Assembly (NCBI GenBank): GCA_020891255.1
Contig: BQFW01000007.1
Coordinates: forward strand, 1,116,001-1,180,000
Source of the DNA: Entomortierella parvispora E1425
Taxonomy: Eukaryota > Fungi > Mortierellomycota
Length of the DNA: 64,000 bases
Direction: 5' to 3'
This document shows positions 1-10,910 of this stretch, one piece after another; position 1 is the first letter of the stretch, and each line of letters starts with the position of its first letter. Under the pieces are notes generated by a model. That model was not told the origin of the DNA and searched no databases. It saw nothing but the letters and a program-made list of their open reading frames with translations. Both the position numbers and the translations under genes were made by a program.

Positions 1-2042
1 ATGTCCAAGATCGAAGGACCGTATGCCTTTGTCTACTATCATGTAAGTCAAAGCTAGGCACGATGTCAAAAGAGAGAAGTACAGAGGCAAAAGCCCATTC
101 CATAACATGCATAATGGGACAGACTCTAACAACATCTGTGTTCTCGACCTTCATTCTTCTAAACACAGGCGACAAGCCAGCGTTTGTTTTTTGGAAGAGA
201 TTGTCTGGGAAGGCGATCATTACTTTGGCACAAGGAGAAGCAAGGCGAACATGGACTGGAGCTTCCCTTTCTCTTGACATCTGTCGGATACTCGTCATTC
301 CGGAGTGACTTGATGCCATTGGATGAGGTGCCTGCGGATGGAATTTATTGCATGTCCCTGAAGACTGGCACCAACGAGAAGACTCTATCTCACTTCCCTT
401 GGATCCCTTCAAGTGCCGTCGTCGATCGTCTCTCGTACAACATCTCCCTTGGCATGGTACAATTGATATTCTTGCTCAATAGTCTAATGTTGCTCAACAT
501 CGTTTTTGGAAACTGATCTTTCTTATTTTTATGGTATCCATAGCCCTTGCCATTCGGAAAGGTGAACGACACTCTTCCAACACCAGATCAGCTCCCTGAA
601 CCCTTTCCTGAAGATCTAAAGTTCAATTCCGCTCACCCCGAAGTGGTCCCGAAAATGACCAAGGACATGGAACAAGCTGTGGCAGATATGATTGAGGTCC
701 TAGGCGATTCTGTTCGCAGAAGAGTTCAGGATATCCCAAGGACAGGGTAATAGATCTCATCTCGGAACGAGAAACAATTGAAATTGGAGAAAACGAGTTA
801 TGTGGCATTTCACTAACCAGAAGATTTTCTTTTTATATTTTCGTTTCCTTTTTTTTTTTATAAATTGGACCAGCTTGATTCACGACGCTAGGGTAGGCAT
901 CTTGTTCTCTGGCGGATTGGATTGCCTCTGTTTGGCTGCTTTGGCTGATAGATTTTTACCTGAGGGCGAAGCAATCGACTTGCTGAACGTTGGATTCGAG
1001 AATCCAAGATCTGAAAAGGCAAAGGCTGCCGAAGAGGCCTTGGCCCTGAAGCGACTCAAGAAACAACAACAAATTTCACAAAAGAAGGGATCAAACTCTT
1101 CCAATTCAAGTCAAGGCAGTAACACTACCTCAGTGGAGACCCCAGTAACGGTCTCTAGCTCGAAATTCAATGTTCCTGATAGAATGACGGGATATGAGAG
1201 TTTGGCAGAGCTGCGAAGGATAGCCCCCAATAGACACTGGAACTTTGTCGAGGTCAACATCCCATTCGAGGAGGCGACGGCGCAGAGGTATGAAATCTTG
1301 GAACGGATAGCCCCATTAGAAACTGTCATGGATCTGGTAGGCTATGAACTCGTCATGTTGGACCAGGAGTTCCATGAAGAAAAAAGTGTCTGATATTAAC
1401 CAGAAACTTTTTCTTGAATTGGTAGAGTATTGCGATGGCTTTTTGGTTTGCGTCAAGAGGAATCGGTCATATCAAGGATGCAGAGGGAAAGATTTCGCCA
1501 TACACTAGTCAGGCAAAGGTCCTGCTCTCGGGCCTTGGCGCAGATGAGCAACTTGGAGGATATTCCCGCCACAAAGACCACTTTGAAGCAGCCAGTTGGA
1601 AGGGACTTATTCACGAGCTTCAATTGGATCTCGACCGGATATCCACACGCAACCTCGGTACATTGATAGCTTGTTTAATTGTTCTTTTTGAAGATTCTCG
1701 CAGTGTATGATTATCTAACATTAACGGCAAAAAAACACATATATAGGTCGCGACGATCGTATCATTTCAGATCATGGTAAGGAAGCGCGATACCCATTCC
1801 TGAGCACCAACGTGGTCCGGTTTCTCAGCAACCTTCCAGTTCATCTCAAGGTCGATCTCCGGTACCCTCGTGGTGTGGGCGAGAAGATTTTGCTCCGCAA
1901 TGTGGCTAGAGCGCTAGGATTTGAGCGGGCCAGCACCCACTGGAAGCGAGCAGTCCAGTTTGGAGCTAGGACAGCAAAGATGACAGAGAGCGGCCGATCT
2001 GAGATTGGGCAGCAAGTCGTCGACCGCAGAGCAGCCGAGTGA
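1..2042 (+). CDS. ASNSD1: Asparagine synthetase domain-containing protein (ASNSD1/YML096W-like); 5' end lies upstream of the window; multi-exon
   Basis: Spliced frames give [11 protein letters not shown]|[20 protein letters not shown] (intron 43-168), [46 protein letters not shown]|[18 protein letters not shown] and [13 protein letters not shown]. These are characteristic ASNSD1 motifs. GT-AG introns also at 457-543 and 747-873, with two more near 1337-1426 and 1658-1746. Confidence 0.9.
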
Positions 2043-2371
2043 GAGTGAGAGTAAGGATGAGAGCGAGAGAAAAGACGACGGTACAACCAAAAAAAAAAAA
2101 AAAAAAAAAAAAAAAGCACTCATGGTAATAAAAAGGCGCCAACCTTCAGAAAATACCTACACCTACAAACAAAAAAGGCGATTTTCCTACAGTGCTCTTT
2201 TCGTTCCCTTGACACCTTCAGACTCAGCTCGGTGATCTCCTTCCGTTCTGCACTCCATTCCTTTGTCCTTTTCCATTTCTTTATTTCTTTTTCTTTTCTT
2301 TCATTCTTTTCCTTTCTCCCGGCTCATTACATTCCTCCCTCCCCTCTCCTCTCCTTAATTCATTCATTCCA

Positions 2372-4084
2372 ATGTCACTTGCACAGCGGATCGCCCTCGT
2401 CACTTCCAGCGCTGGTCGCTCGTCGGGATCAGTCCGGCGAATGCATCAACATTCCCATGCACTCTCCATGCCCACCTCTTCTTCCTCTTCCCGGACAAAC
2501 TCCACTCTACTCCTCAGGAACCCAGCAGGACGTCTTACCAGACCAGCTTCCTCTGCTCTCCTGCGTCTGCCCAACTTGTCCTTGTCCTCTTGCGCTAGAA
2601 CTTCTCTCCTCTACAGCAACAACCATGCCCGAAACATGTCAACGGGCCCTGGTGCCAAAGAACAGGAAGAACCCATCCAAGGGTCCGCACCAACTTACAA
2701 ACGCCACCTCTTGATCTGCAAAGGACTCCCCGAGAAGGACTGGCCCAAGAAACCAGAAATGTCAGATCCGTACCTGAATTTGCTCTCGACCGCTGTGCGC
2801 GGACAGGAAGTCAAGGTCAACATTACAGACATTGCTTCCCACAATGAGAACACGTCGTCAAGCACCGCTCTTGGAGAGGCCTTGCCATCTGCAGGCCCAC
2901 GCTTTGATCTGGTCTTGTTCCCCGACAACGTCAGGTTTTTGAACATTCGTCCCGAGGCCTTCCGGGACTTGTCCCGGTTCATGGAAAAGAACCCCATCGA
3001 CGAGTTGCGATCCTTGATCGAGACCAAGAAGGCTCAAGAGGAGGATAGCTTCATCACAGAGTTGGTCCCTGGAAGTGGCGAAAAGGTGGCAATCGAGTTG
3101 GTCAAGGAGCCCAGCGCAGTGTTGGTCTGCATTCACGGATCCAGGGATTGCCGCTGCGGAGAGCAAGGTGGAGAGTTGTACAGGATCTTGAAGGATATGG
3201 TTCAAATGACAGGATTGACAAACTCGGTCAAGGTCTATGGTGTCTCGCACATTGGAGGACACAAGTACGCACCCAACACCATCATGTATCCTTCAGGCGA
3301 CTGGCATGGCCACTTGTCAGATCGGGATTCGAACGATGCTCAACAGATCTTGTTTGATGCTTTGGCCAACGGAGGCGTGGCCGGACGCGTACGAGAACGT
3401 GCTGCCGATCCCATCATGTTGGACAAGTGGCGCGGCCGGATGGGGATGAACAAGGAGGATCAACTGAAGCTGTATGAGGCTGCTTTGAAGAAGAAGTCTT
3501 CCCAGGGATCCGTTGGCTCTGCTGCATCCCTGTTTTCTGCACCGGGCGAGGAACTGTACGAGGACGATGGACTGAAGGAACGTAAGAATGCTTTGTCAGT
3601 CGAGTCTGATAAACCCACCACACTAACAGAAGCATCAACGTCCGCAAGCCCGCAAAAGGTCAAGATTGTGTTTGAGACTTTCCAAAAGGTCAGAACTGAG
3701 ATTGAGGCCAAGGTTGGAGAGAGGATCTTGGACATTGTCAAGGACAAGGATCCTAGCCGACATGGCGTATACCAAGCACTCGAGTGCACCTGCGGCGGAC
3801 AGCTTGGTAAGTTGGTCAAAATGACTTATTTTATGATACGCCCTACACCTGGCTGTTCTTTCGCTAACTCTCATCTCTTTATACTTTTTATCTCTTTAGA
3901 GTGCGCCACATGCCATGTCTATATTGAGCCTCCATACAACGCAAGACTCCCCGATGTTACAGACGCAGAGGAAGACATGCTCGAGTATGCGGTCGGTCGT
4001 AAAGTCGAGACATCACGCTTGGGTTGCCAGATCAAGATCCAGCCAGAGATGGAGGGCATGGTCGTCAAACTTCCTCAGTACTAG
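2372..4084 (+). CDS. Predicted mitochondrial fusion protein: sucrase/ferredoxin-like (Apd1/Aim32-type thioredoxin-like ferredoxin) domain plus C-terminal adrenodoxin-type [2Fe-2S] ferredoxin
   Basis: About 90 N-terminal residues are Arg/Ser-rich with no acidic residue, ending ARNMST (presequence-like). VCIHGSRDCRCG (C-x8-C) and SHIGGHKYA (H-x3-H). After splicing intron 3807-3899: CGGQLECATCHV (C-x5-C-x2-C), EEDMLEYA and SRLGCQI. Confidence 0.85.
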   Translation: MSLAQRIALVTSSAGRSSGSVRRMHQHSHALSMPTSSSSSRTNSTLLLRNPAGRLTRPASSALLRLPNLSLSSCARTSLLYSNNHARNMSTGPGAKEQEEPIQGSAPTYKRHLLICKGLPEKDWPKKPEMSDPYLNLLSTAVRGQEVKVNITDIASHNENTSSSTALGEALPSAGPRFDLVLFPDNVRFLNIRPEAFRDLSRFMEKNPIDELRSLIETKKAQEEDSFITELVPGSGEKVAIELVKEPSAVLVCIHGSRDCRCGEQGGELYRILKDMVQMTGLTNSVKVYGVSHIGGHKYAPNTIMYPSGDWHGHLSDRDSNDAQQILFDALANGGVAGRVRERAADPIMLDKWRGRMGMNKEDQLKLYEAALKKKSSQGSVGSAASLFSAPGEELYEDDGLKERKNALSVESDKPTTLTEASTSASPQKVKIVFETFQKVRTEIEAKVGERILDIVKDKDPSRHGVYQALECTCGGQLGKLVKMTYFMIRPTPGCSFANSHLFILFISLECATCHVYIEPPYNARLPDVTDAEEDMLEYAVGRKVETSRLGCQIKIQPEMEGMVVKLPQY

Positions 4085-4931
4085 ATCGAACCTCCTCCCT
4101 TTTTCTTGCCAACCATAGCCATGAACACCCACAAAATAGATAATTGCATCCTCCTCCCTTCCAAACCTCAGCGCTGACGACAAAAGTCCATTCCAAAACC
4201 ATAGATATCCGTATCATAAAAGGAAAGGAGGAAAAAAAAAAAGGTCGTTATGATCAAAAATTGAGAAGGGTAACCGTTTGTTCGCATTAGTGGTAAAGAG
4301 GATCATCCGCCAGAAAAACAAGAAGAATGACGCTCAATGTTTTGCCAGAGAACACACAAAAAAAAAAAAAGCAGTAAAGGGGGGACGCGTCTTGTCCGTT
4401 GCTGCCTTGTTGTTGCACAAGCCAGGTCAAACAGGAAAGGCACAACATCCTTCGCCACCCTTCCTACCAAAATCCTATCCAGAAACACCAGGAGGGAAAT
4501 AAACGAAAAAATGATGAAAGAGGAAAGAGGGGGTAGGAACCGTAAAGATGACAAACACAGGGAAGGGATCAACTCTTCTTTTTAAAATCGCGGAGGCTTT
4601 GTGCATGGGTCGGGCTTGCCTTCTTGAGGGGACGGGATAGTAATGGAAAAAAATGGCCTTTCTGTAAAAGTCGCGGAAGGACCATGACCATTCACAAGCT
4701 CAATGTGGTTGTTGTTGGTGGCCTTCTAACGGCCCTTATAAGTAGTCAGCCACCCCCCGAATAACATCAAGAACCATCCGACCAACATACATTGCAGTCT
4801 CTTTGCATTCTCGAGTGCACCACCCATTCTATTTTATTCCTTTTCCTTCTTCCCTCTCTTCAACCTTTGTAACGGATCTTCGCTCCAGCACTACCCTGTA
4901 GAGGCTCAATCCGACTCGACCTACTTACACC

Positions 4932-7104
4932 ATGGGTAAAAATAGCAAAATCATGATGGACAGTCTGTCCGAACTGGATCTCACCAGCTATGAAGAAAAA
5001 CAAAATCTTCAGCCGCCAGTTCCGCCATTAAAGAACACTGAAGTCTGGGCATGGGTAGGGACAAAAACGCGACTTTTACTCCTTCTGCAAGTCATGGACG
5101 ATTGCCCATTCTCTTTGAACTGACCAACATGGTCTTTATTTCTCATTTTTCTTGCAAATGTCCTCCCAGTACATCCAAAACGCAACGTAAGAAACTTTAG
5201 CACCGATGCCGCCCAGTCAACCACACTCGAAAACACACTCAATAACCGCCCATTTCTTTATATTTCTGTTGAATGCAGGTACTGTGGGTTTGGATGGGTA
5301 GCCTCTTCATTGATGGTGCCACTGCTGATCCAGGACATGGCCTCCAAAGCCGGGTTCGAGGCCTCGAATATCACGATCCCCTGCAATACCACGGCGCCGC
5401 ATTTCAAGTGTGTCACCCCAGTCTTTGGTCATTACCTAGAACCGGGCACCATCTCGCTCTACATCTCGTCCCTCAGTTCTATCCTCAGTTTCTTCATGTC
5501 CCTGTCCATCTCTGCTGTAGCTGATCATGGCTGTAAGTTTTTTCTTCAGGAACTGGAGTCTGCAGTGGCGCGTGAAGGAGGAAAAAAAAGGGAGGAGAGG
5601 GGTAGATCAGGGACGGTCTAGCGTTCATTGTTTTTGAATTGCCACGCAGGGGCTTTTCTTACACACACCTCCTAATAATGACCCTTGCTTTTCATTCTTC
5701 CCGATGTTTTTCTGTCTCCTCCCCCTGATAGCCTACAGAAAGTCGCTTATGATCGTGATGTCGATCTTGGGCTGCATCGTTTCGGTTTGTTTTCTCCTTA
5801 TTCAGAAACCATCTCTCTTTTGGCTCGGCGCCATCCTCTCTCCTCTGGGTTGGACATTTTTCAACATTTGTGCTGTCTTTTCACACTCTTACCTGCCTCT
5901 TTATGGTCGAGCCCACCCCGAGGTTCTGGATGCACTGGATCGAGGAGAGTCCATGTTGGTGGTCAACAAGATTGAAGAACAAAAGATCAATGACCTCTCG
6001 GCTTATTCGGTCGTCATTGCAAACATTGGAAGCATATTGATCCATGGTGTCTGCATTGGTATCTCGTTGGGAATGAAGGAGAGTGCTCTGAGTTTGGAGT
6101 TGGCAATCGCATTCACGGGTGTTTGGTGGTTGCTCTGGATGATGATTGTCTCACCTTGGCTGGAAGCTCGCCCAGGTCCACCTTTGCCCAAGGGCACCAA
6201 CTGGGTCGTGCACTCCTGGAGAAAGAGTAAGTGGGGTGATTCTGAGTGGTGATGATATGTCCGATCCATTCACTGTCATACTAACGCGTGTTTTTTTTTC
6301 TCTGCAGCCTACAACACCATGGTTTCTTTTCACAAGCTACCTGAAATCTTCAAGTTTATGATCTCCTGGTTCATTCTCTCGGACGGAATCAGCACCATCT
6401 CCTCGATCCTCTTCCTAATCCTCTATCGAGAACTCTCGTTCACACATTCGCATTCTCTTATCATCTCGGTCCTCCTCGGTCTCATGGCCTCCATCGGTGC
6501 CTACTTTTTCATGATTATCCGTCGAATCTGGTCCTTGACTACCCGTTGTATGATCCTGATCTGTCTGGGACTCTACGGACTCTTGATGGTCTACTTGGTG
6601 TGCACCCCTTATTTCACCAACAAGTTTGGACTGAGAAACGCCTGGGAGGGTTGGGCCTGCACAGTGTATATCGGAATTATTATCAGCACGTTTTATTCAT
6701 CCATGCGATGCCTGTTGTCCGAACTCTGTCCTGAGGGTGACGAGAATGAATGGTTCTCCTTGTTTCTGTTGGCCGACAAGGGTTCTTCATGGTAATGTCC
6801 AAGTCGTTTTTTTTTCTTCTTTTTCTTTTGCCCAAAGAACCAATTGACTAACAGAAGGCGATATCTTCCTTTACTTTTTTCTTTTTTTCCTTTTTTTGGT
6901 TCTTTCGTGAAAAGGCTCGGACCTGTCGTAACGGGTGCAATCTACACAGCAACACACGAGTACCGCACAGCCTTTTGGTTCCCCCTTGGCCTCATTCTCC
7001 TTGGCGGCCTGGTCCTCCTGAGCGTCGATGTTAACAAGGGCAAAGATGAAGCCAGGACATTTGCGCGAGATAAGCGCGAAAAGTATTCGTTGGCTGCCAT
7101 GTAG
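4932..7104 (+). CDS. ATG22: Atg22-family vacuolar amino-acid efflux MFS transporter
   Basis: Exons 4932-5054, 5170-5186 (microexon), 5279-5532, 5732-6226, 6308-6791, 6915-7104. Spliced protein has EVWAWYIQNATYCGFGW, ADHGSYRK, SWFILSDGIST, ELCPEGDENEWFSLFLLADKGSSWLGP and many hydrophobic helices. Confidence 0.85.
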
Positions 7105-7619
7105 AGCCTAGCGGCCAACTAGTTATAAAAGAACCTAAACTGTAGTTTCTGCACTGGATCCCTAATTACGTACCATCTATGTTGAACCTCTAATATACAG
7201 CTTCATCTACCAACCATTATGTAAGAGCAGAGAACGAGATCACAATAACACCCTTGCCACATAGAGAATGGTAGCTAACGTGCCGAGCACAAGGTTATGG
7301 AGGCATGCACGGAGAATGATATATTTACCGACACTTGTCGCTCACGGCGATCATTCAAAAGCGGCGCGTCTGTGCGACTTGCTGCAAAGAAGAAAAACGC
7401 GTCTCTTACAAGTATGAAATCTGGTATTTTCTGTTTCTTTTTATTCTTTTTATTTATTCTCCATGACATTCGCACTGAAGAGGAGTAACAAACAGATAAT
7501 CTATCGTACAAAACAGAGTGAAGGGAAGGGTTCAAAGAAAGAGGGGAGAGGGGGGGTGGATGGGTACCCTTTTTGAGGATCTGGCCGCTCTTGATCGTCC
7601 AAACATCTATCGGGGTTAA

Positions 7620-9178
7620 CTACGTACGGGGCTCAAACTCGTACGAAAACGAGGACGGGCGGTGCCTTCGTTGCGAGAAAATCTTGAAATCCTCTTCAAT
7701 CTCATCATCGCTCCCATTCATTCCACAGTCGTCTCCTATGGCGCCACGGGCGGTGGTCTTGGCCGAGGCCGTCTTTGCAGGGCCAACACTATAAGGGTAC
7801 TTTCTCTTGTTGTTGGGTCGATGATGCCGAGCCGAGTGCTCGTCCACACTGTCCTCATCCACAGTCATCATCGTCATCCTGTCATCAAATAAAGAAGAGA
7901 CCGTGGACATGGACGCGATGGAAGACGAAGTCGACAAGATCTGGGATGAAGACGGCAAGGATGCTAACGACATGGTGGGTGACGAAGGATCGCTGCTGCT
8001 GTCGCTTCCGTGACCTTCCTGCAACGATTCAAAAGGAAGGGCTGGCGTAACACCAGTCATTTCGTTGAGATCATCTCCTGAAGATCGAGCATGGATACTC
8101 AGAGGCAGCCTCTTATCCTCCACAAACACCACCTCACGCTCTGCCAATGGCTTTCGGGCCCCATCCTCGCCTCGACCATCCCCCTTGAGGACAGCGAGAA
8201 CATTTGTCGGATGCTCCTCTGCACGTGCGACTGTCTCTCCGGCTGCCGATCGACAATTTTGAAACTCGTCCATGACCGGGTACATGAGCACGTTCATCCG
8301 AGCAGTGACAACCACCACCGTGTTGGTCGGGATCTTTAACCAATCCGCCTTCTCAAACGTGAGGGGTTCCGAGGCAATGAGGACAATGTCCTCCCTCTTG
8401 TCGGCCTTCACCATCTTGTAATGACCCGGCTGAAACGATCCGAACCTTGTGCCAGAAGAGTAATAAAGACTGGCCGCTTCCAACGTTTTGGAGGAGATAT
8501 ATCTTGAACAGACAACTGAACATCCGTCCGTGACTGCAAAGTTTAACATGGAAGCCTCGCAGATTCCGGCGTCCTTGGACCACTGATTCAGTTTTTCGAT
8601 GGTCTTGAACATGGCGTCCTTCAGTTTAACATGGCAGAATGGTTCTGCCTGCAATGGGTTCGCATCCAGTTGACTCAAAAAGACTGCAAAGGCCCATTCC
8701 GAATCAGTGTTGCCATTGACGTTAAGGAAAATTGGATCTGGTAAGGACTCTTGAATCTTGCGTTTGATCTAGTGGGAGGGTAAACGAAATGAACACCAAG
8801 AGAATGAGCGTCCGAGACCATAAATGCGTATGGACACTGTCAGCACTTATTTCCTAATCCTAGGGGTTCAAAGCACAAGGGGAGAATGGAGGATGGACAA
8901 TAATAAAACCACACGCGAGGACATAAGCATGCACCCCCCAAAAAATTTTAGAAGACGCGTTTTTGTAGTGTAATCACGTATCCTTTAGAATGCCGTCAAA
9001 GTCGTCCATTCAATCCCCATCCTTTGAGGGATCGACACGGTCTACTGTTATCATTGGACACCACAACAGCCGATCAAGCGACCATAGTACGAAACAATAA
9101 CAACAACATATAACGACATTGGTGCAGGTATGGTGTCAAGCGACAAGACTCTGGCGTCATTTCTTTCCCTTCTTTCAC

Positions 9179-9210
<32 letters not shown>

Positions 9211-10513
9211 CCAAACCGGAACATCCGGGAAAAAGGAACCTACCAGGTGAAAGTCTGCAATGTGGCCATTGTGCATGAACATGAGTCGCCCATATTGCCA
9301 TGGGTGGCCTATTTTGAGTGCAATTTAGATAAAGCCAAAAAAAAGAGAGCGGGTGAGCAAGTGTCCATCTTTCTTTCATTTTTCTTCTTTTTGCATGGTA
9401 AATCTACAGGGGCTCTCTTTCACTCTTTTCTATCATCCTGCTCCCACCCCCTCTGATTCTCTCTACCTTCACGTTCTTTTTGTTCTTTGGAGATTAAAAA
9501 AACTAAAAGGTGTAAACATGGAGACTTACAATTGCTTTCCGATACTGATCCTGCAGTCGAGGCACGAACGTGTGCAAATACGAGTGGGCTCTTGATCTTT
9601 TCCGCGAGGCGGATCAGGTTCATGTTGTTCCATGCGGGAGTGACCGAGGTGAAGATGCAGGGCGCAGCTCCGAGCTCTGGGTCTGGATCGGACTCGTACC
9701 AACCTAGTCATGAAAAAATAACATGATAAAAAATCAAGGGAGGAGGGGGAAGGTCGGGATGAATGAGAAACGATCCTCGAAATCATCAGGAATCGTAGGC
9801 GTGTTCTGGCATTTGCTTTCAGAGATGTCCTGGTCTAGTGTTTCCTCTTCACAGTCAATGGCGCGATATTTCAAGGACGGGCTCGAGAATAAACAATAAT
9901 TGAGTGGTGACTCTTAAATGGTGGCGAAACCTTTGGTAGCGAATCGCATGCAGGTACAAAGGGGAGAAACAGGGAAAAAAAACCAACTAGAAACCAGGAC
10001 CACGAAACTTACCGACTCCAAATCCATCGCCTGTCAAGGGGGTAGAATAAGAGAGTAGAGAGAGTAGAAGTTGAATTCAGTTGATCAGCAGTGTGTTTGC
10101 AATGTGTTTGTAATAGACCCAACTCTACCGCCTTTGGGTTCCCTGCAGTATTACCGTTGATCGGCCTCCTGTTGTCCAGCCGTAGTCGGGAATCAAAGGA
10201 TTGATTGATGATGGAATGTGCCGGCTTGGTTAGCAGCTGGAAGGAACATGGGCAAAGCGAAAGCGGTCAGTCTCGCGAAGCAGCAACAAGAGAAAGACAA
10301 TGAAAGAGTGAAAAAGGCGGGGATGAAGGTTCAAGACCAGACAGGACGCGAAGCATCCGACTCTTTTATAATTTTTTTCTTTTTCTTTTTTTTTTTTTTT
10401 TTTTGTTCTCTTCGTCGTGTGGGGTCTGCATTCGTCCATCCATCCATGACTGGCAGACCTACATGGGCAAGCTGAATGGGATGTCTGCCCTTGTAGAGAA
10501 GCATTCGACACAT
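7620..10513 (-). CDS. DUG3: Class II (Ntn) glutamine amidotransferase, Dug3-like (glutathione degradation)
   Basis: Exons 10513-10463, 10236-10155, 10030-10013, 9703-9530, 9308-9244, 8768-7620. Protein starts MCRMLLYKG (Cys2 nucleophile), then LLTKPAHSIINQSFDSRLRLD, NGDGFGVGWY, FAHVRAST, NCHPW, MHNG, GNTDSEWAF and ASEPLTF. Confidence 0.93.
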
Positions 10514-10910
10514 GGGCGGGGTGTTGAACCGTCGGGCGTGGTTGAAGTCCAGGGTGGAGGGCGTTTGCTGGCAGCAGCGAAAAGACGGAGCTGCAAAAGG
10601 TTACAGGGTAGAAAGGGCAAGAACAAAAACAAAAGTAGGAGAGTCCAGAAGTGGGGTGATGGAAATGAATGAATGCGTTGAATGGGTCGAGAAGGAAAGA
10701 GAAGACAGAGACAGAGGAGTATGGATGGATAGAGAAAAGAACAAGGAGCAACCACATGCAGACAGGCATCGACTGAACATATCCCAAAAAAAAATTGCTT
10801 CACCCACCATTGCTCTTTCTGACTCTTCCAGTCTAATTTTTATTACTATTCAAAGGTTTTATTCGCAATAACGCTGCTAATAGTACAAGACAACGGCACA
10901 TGCAATGCAT

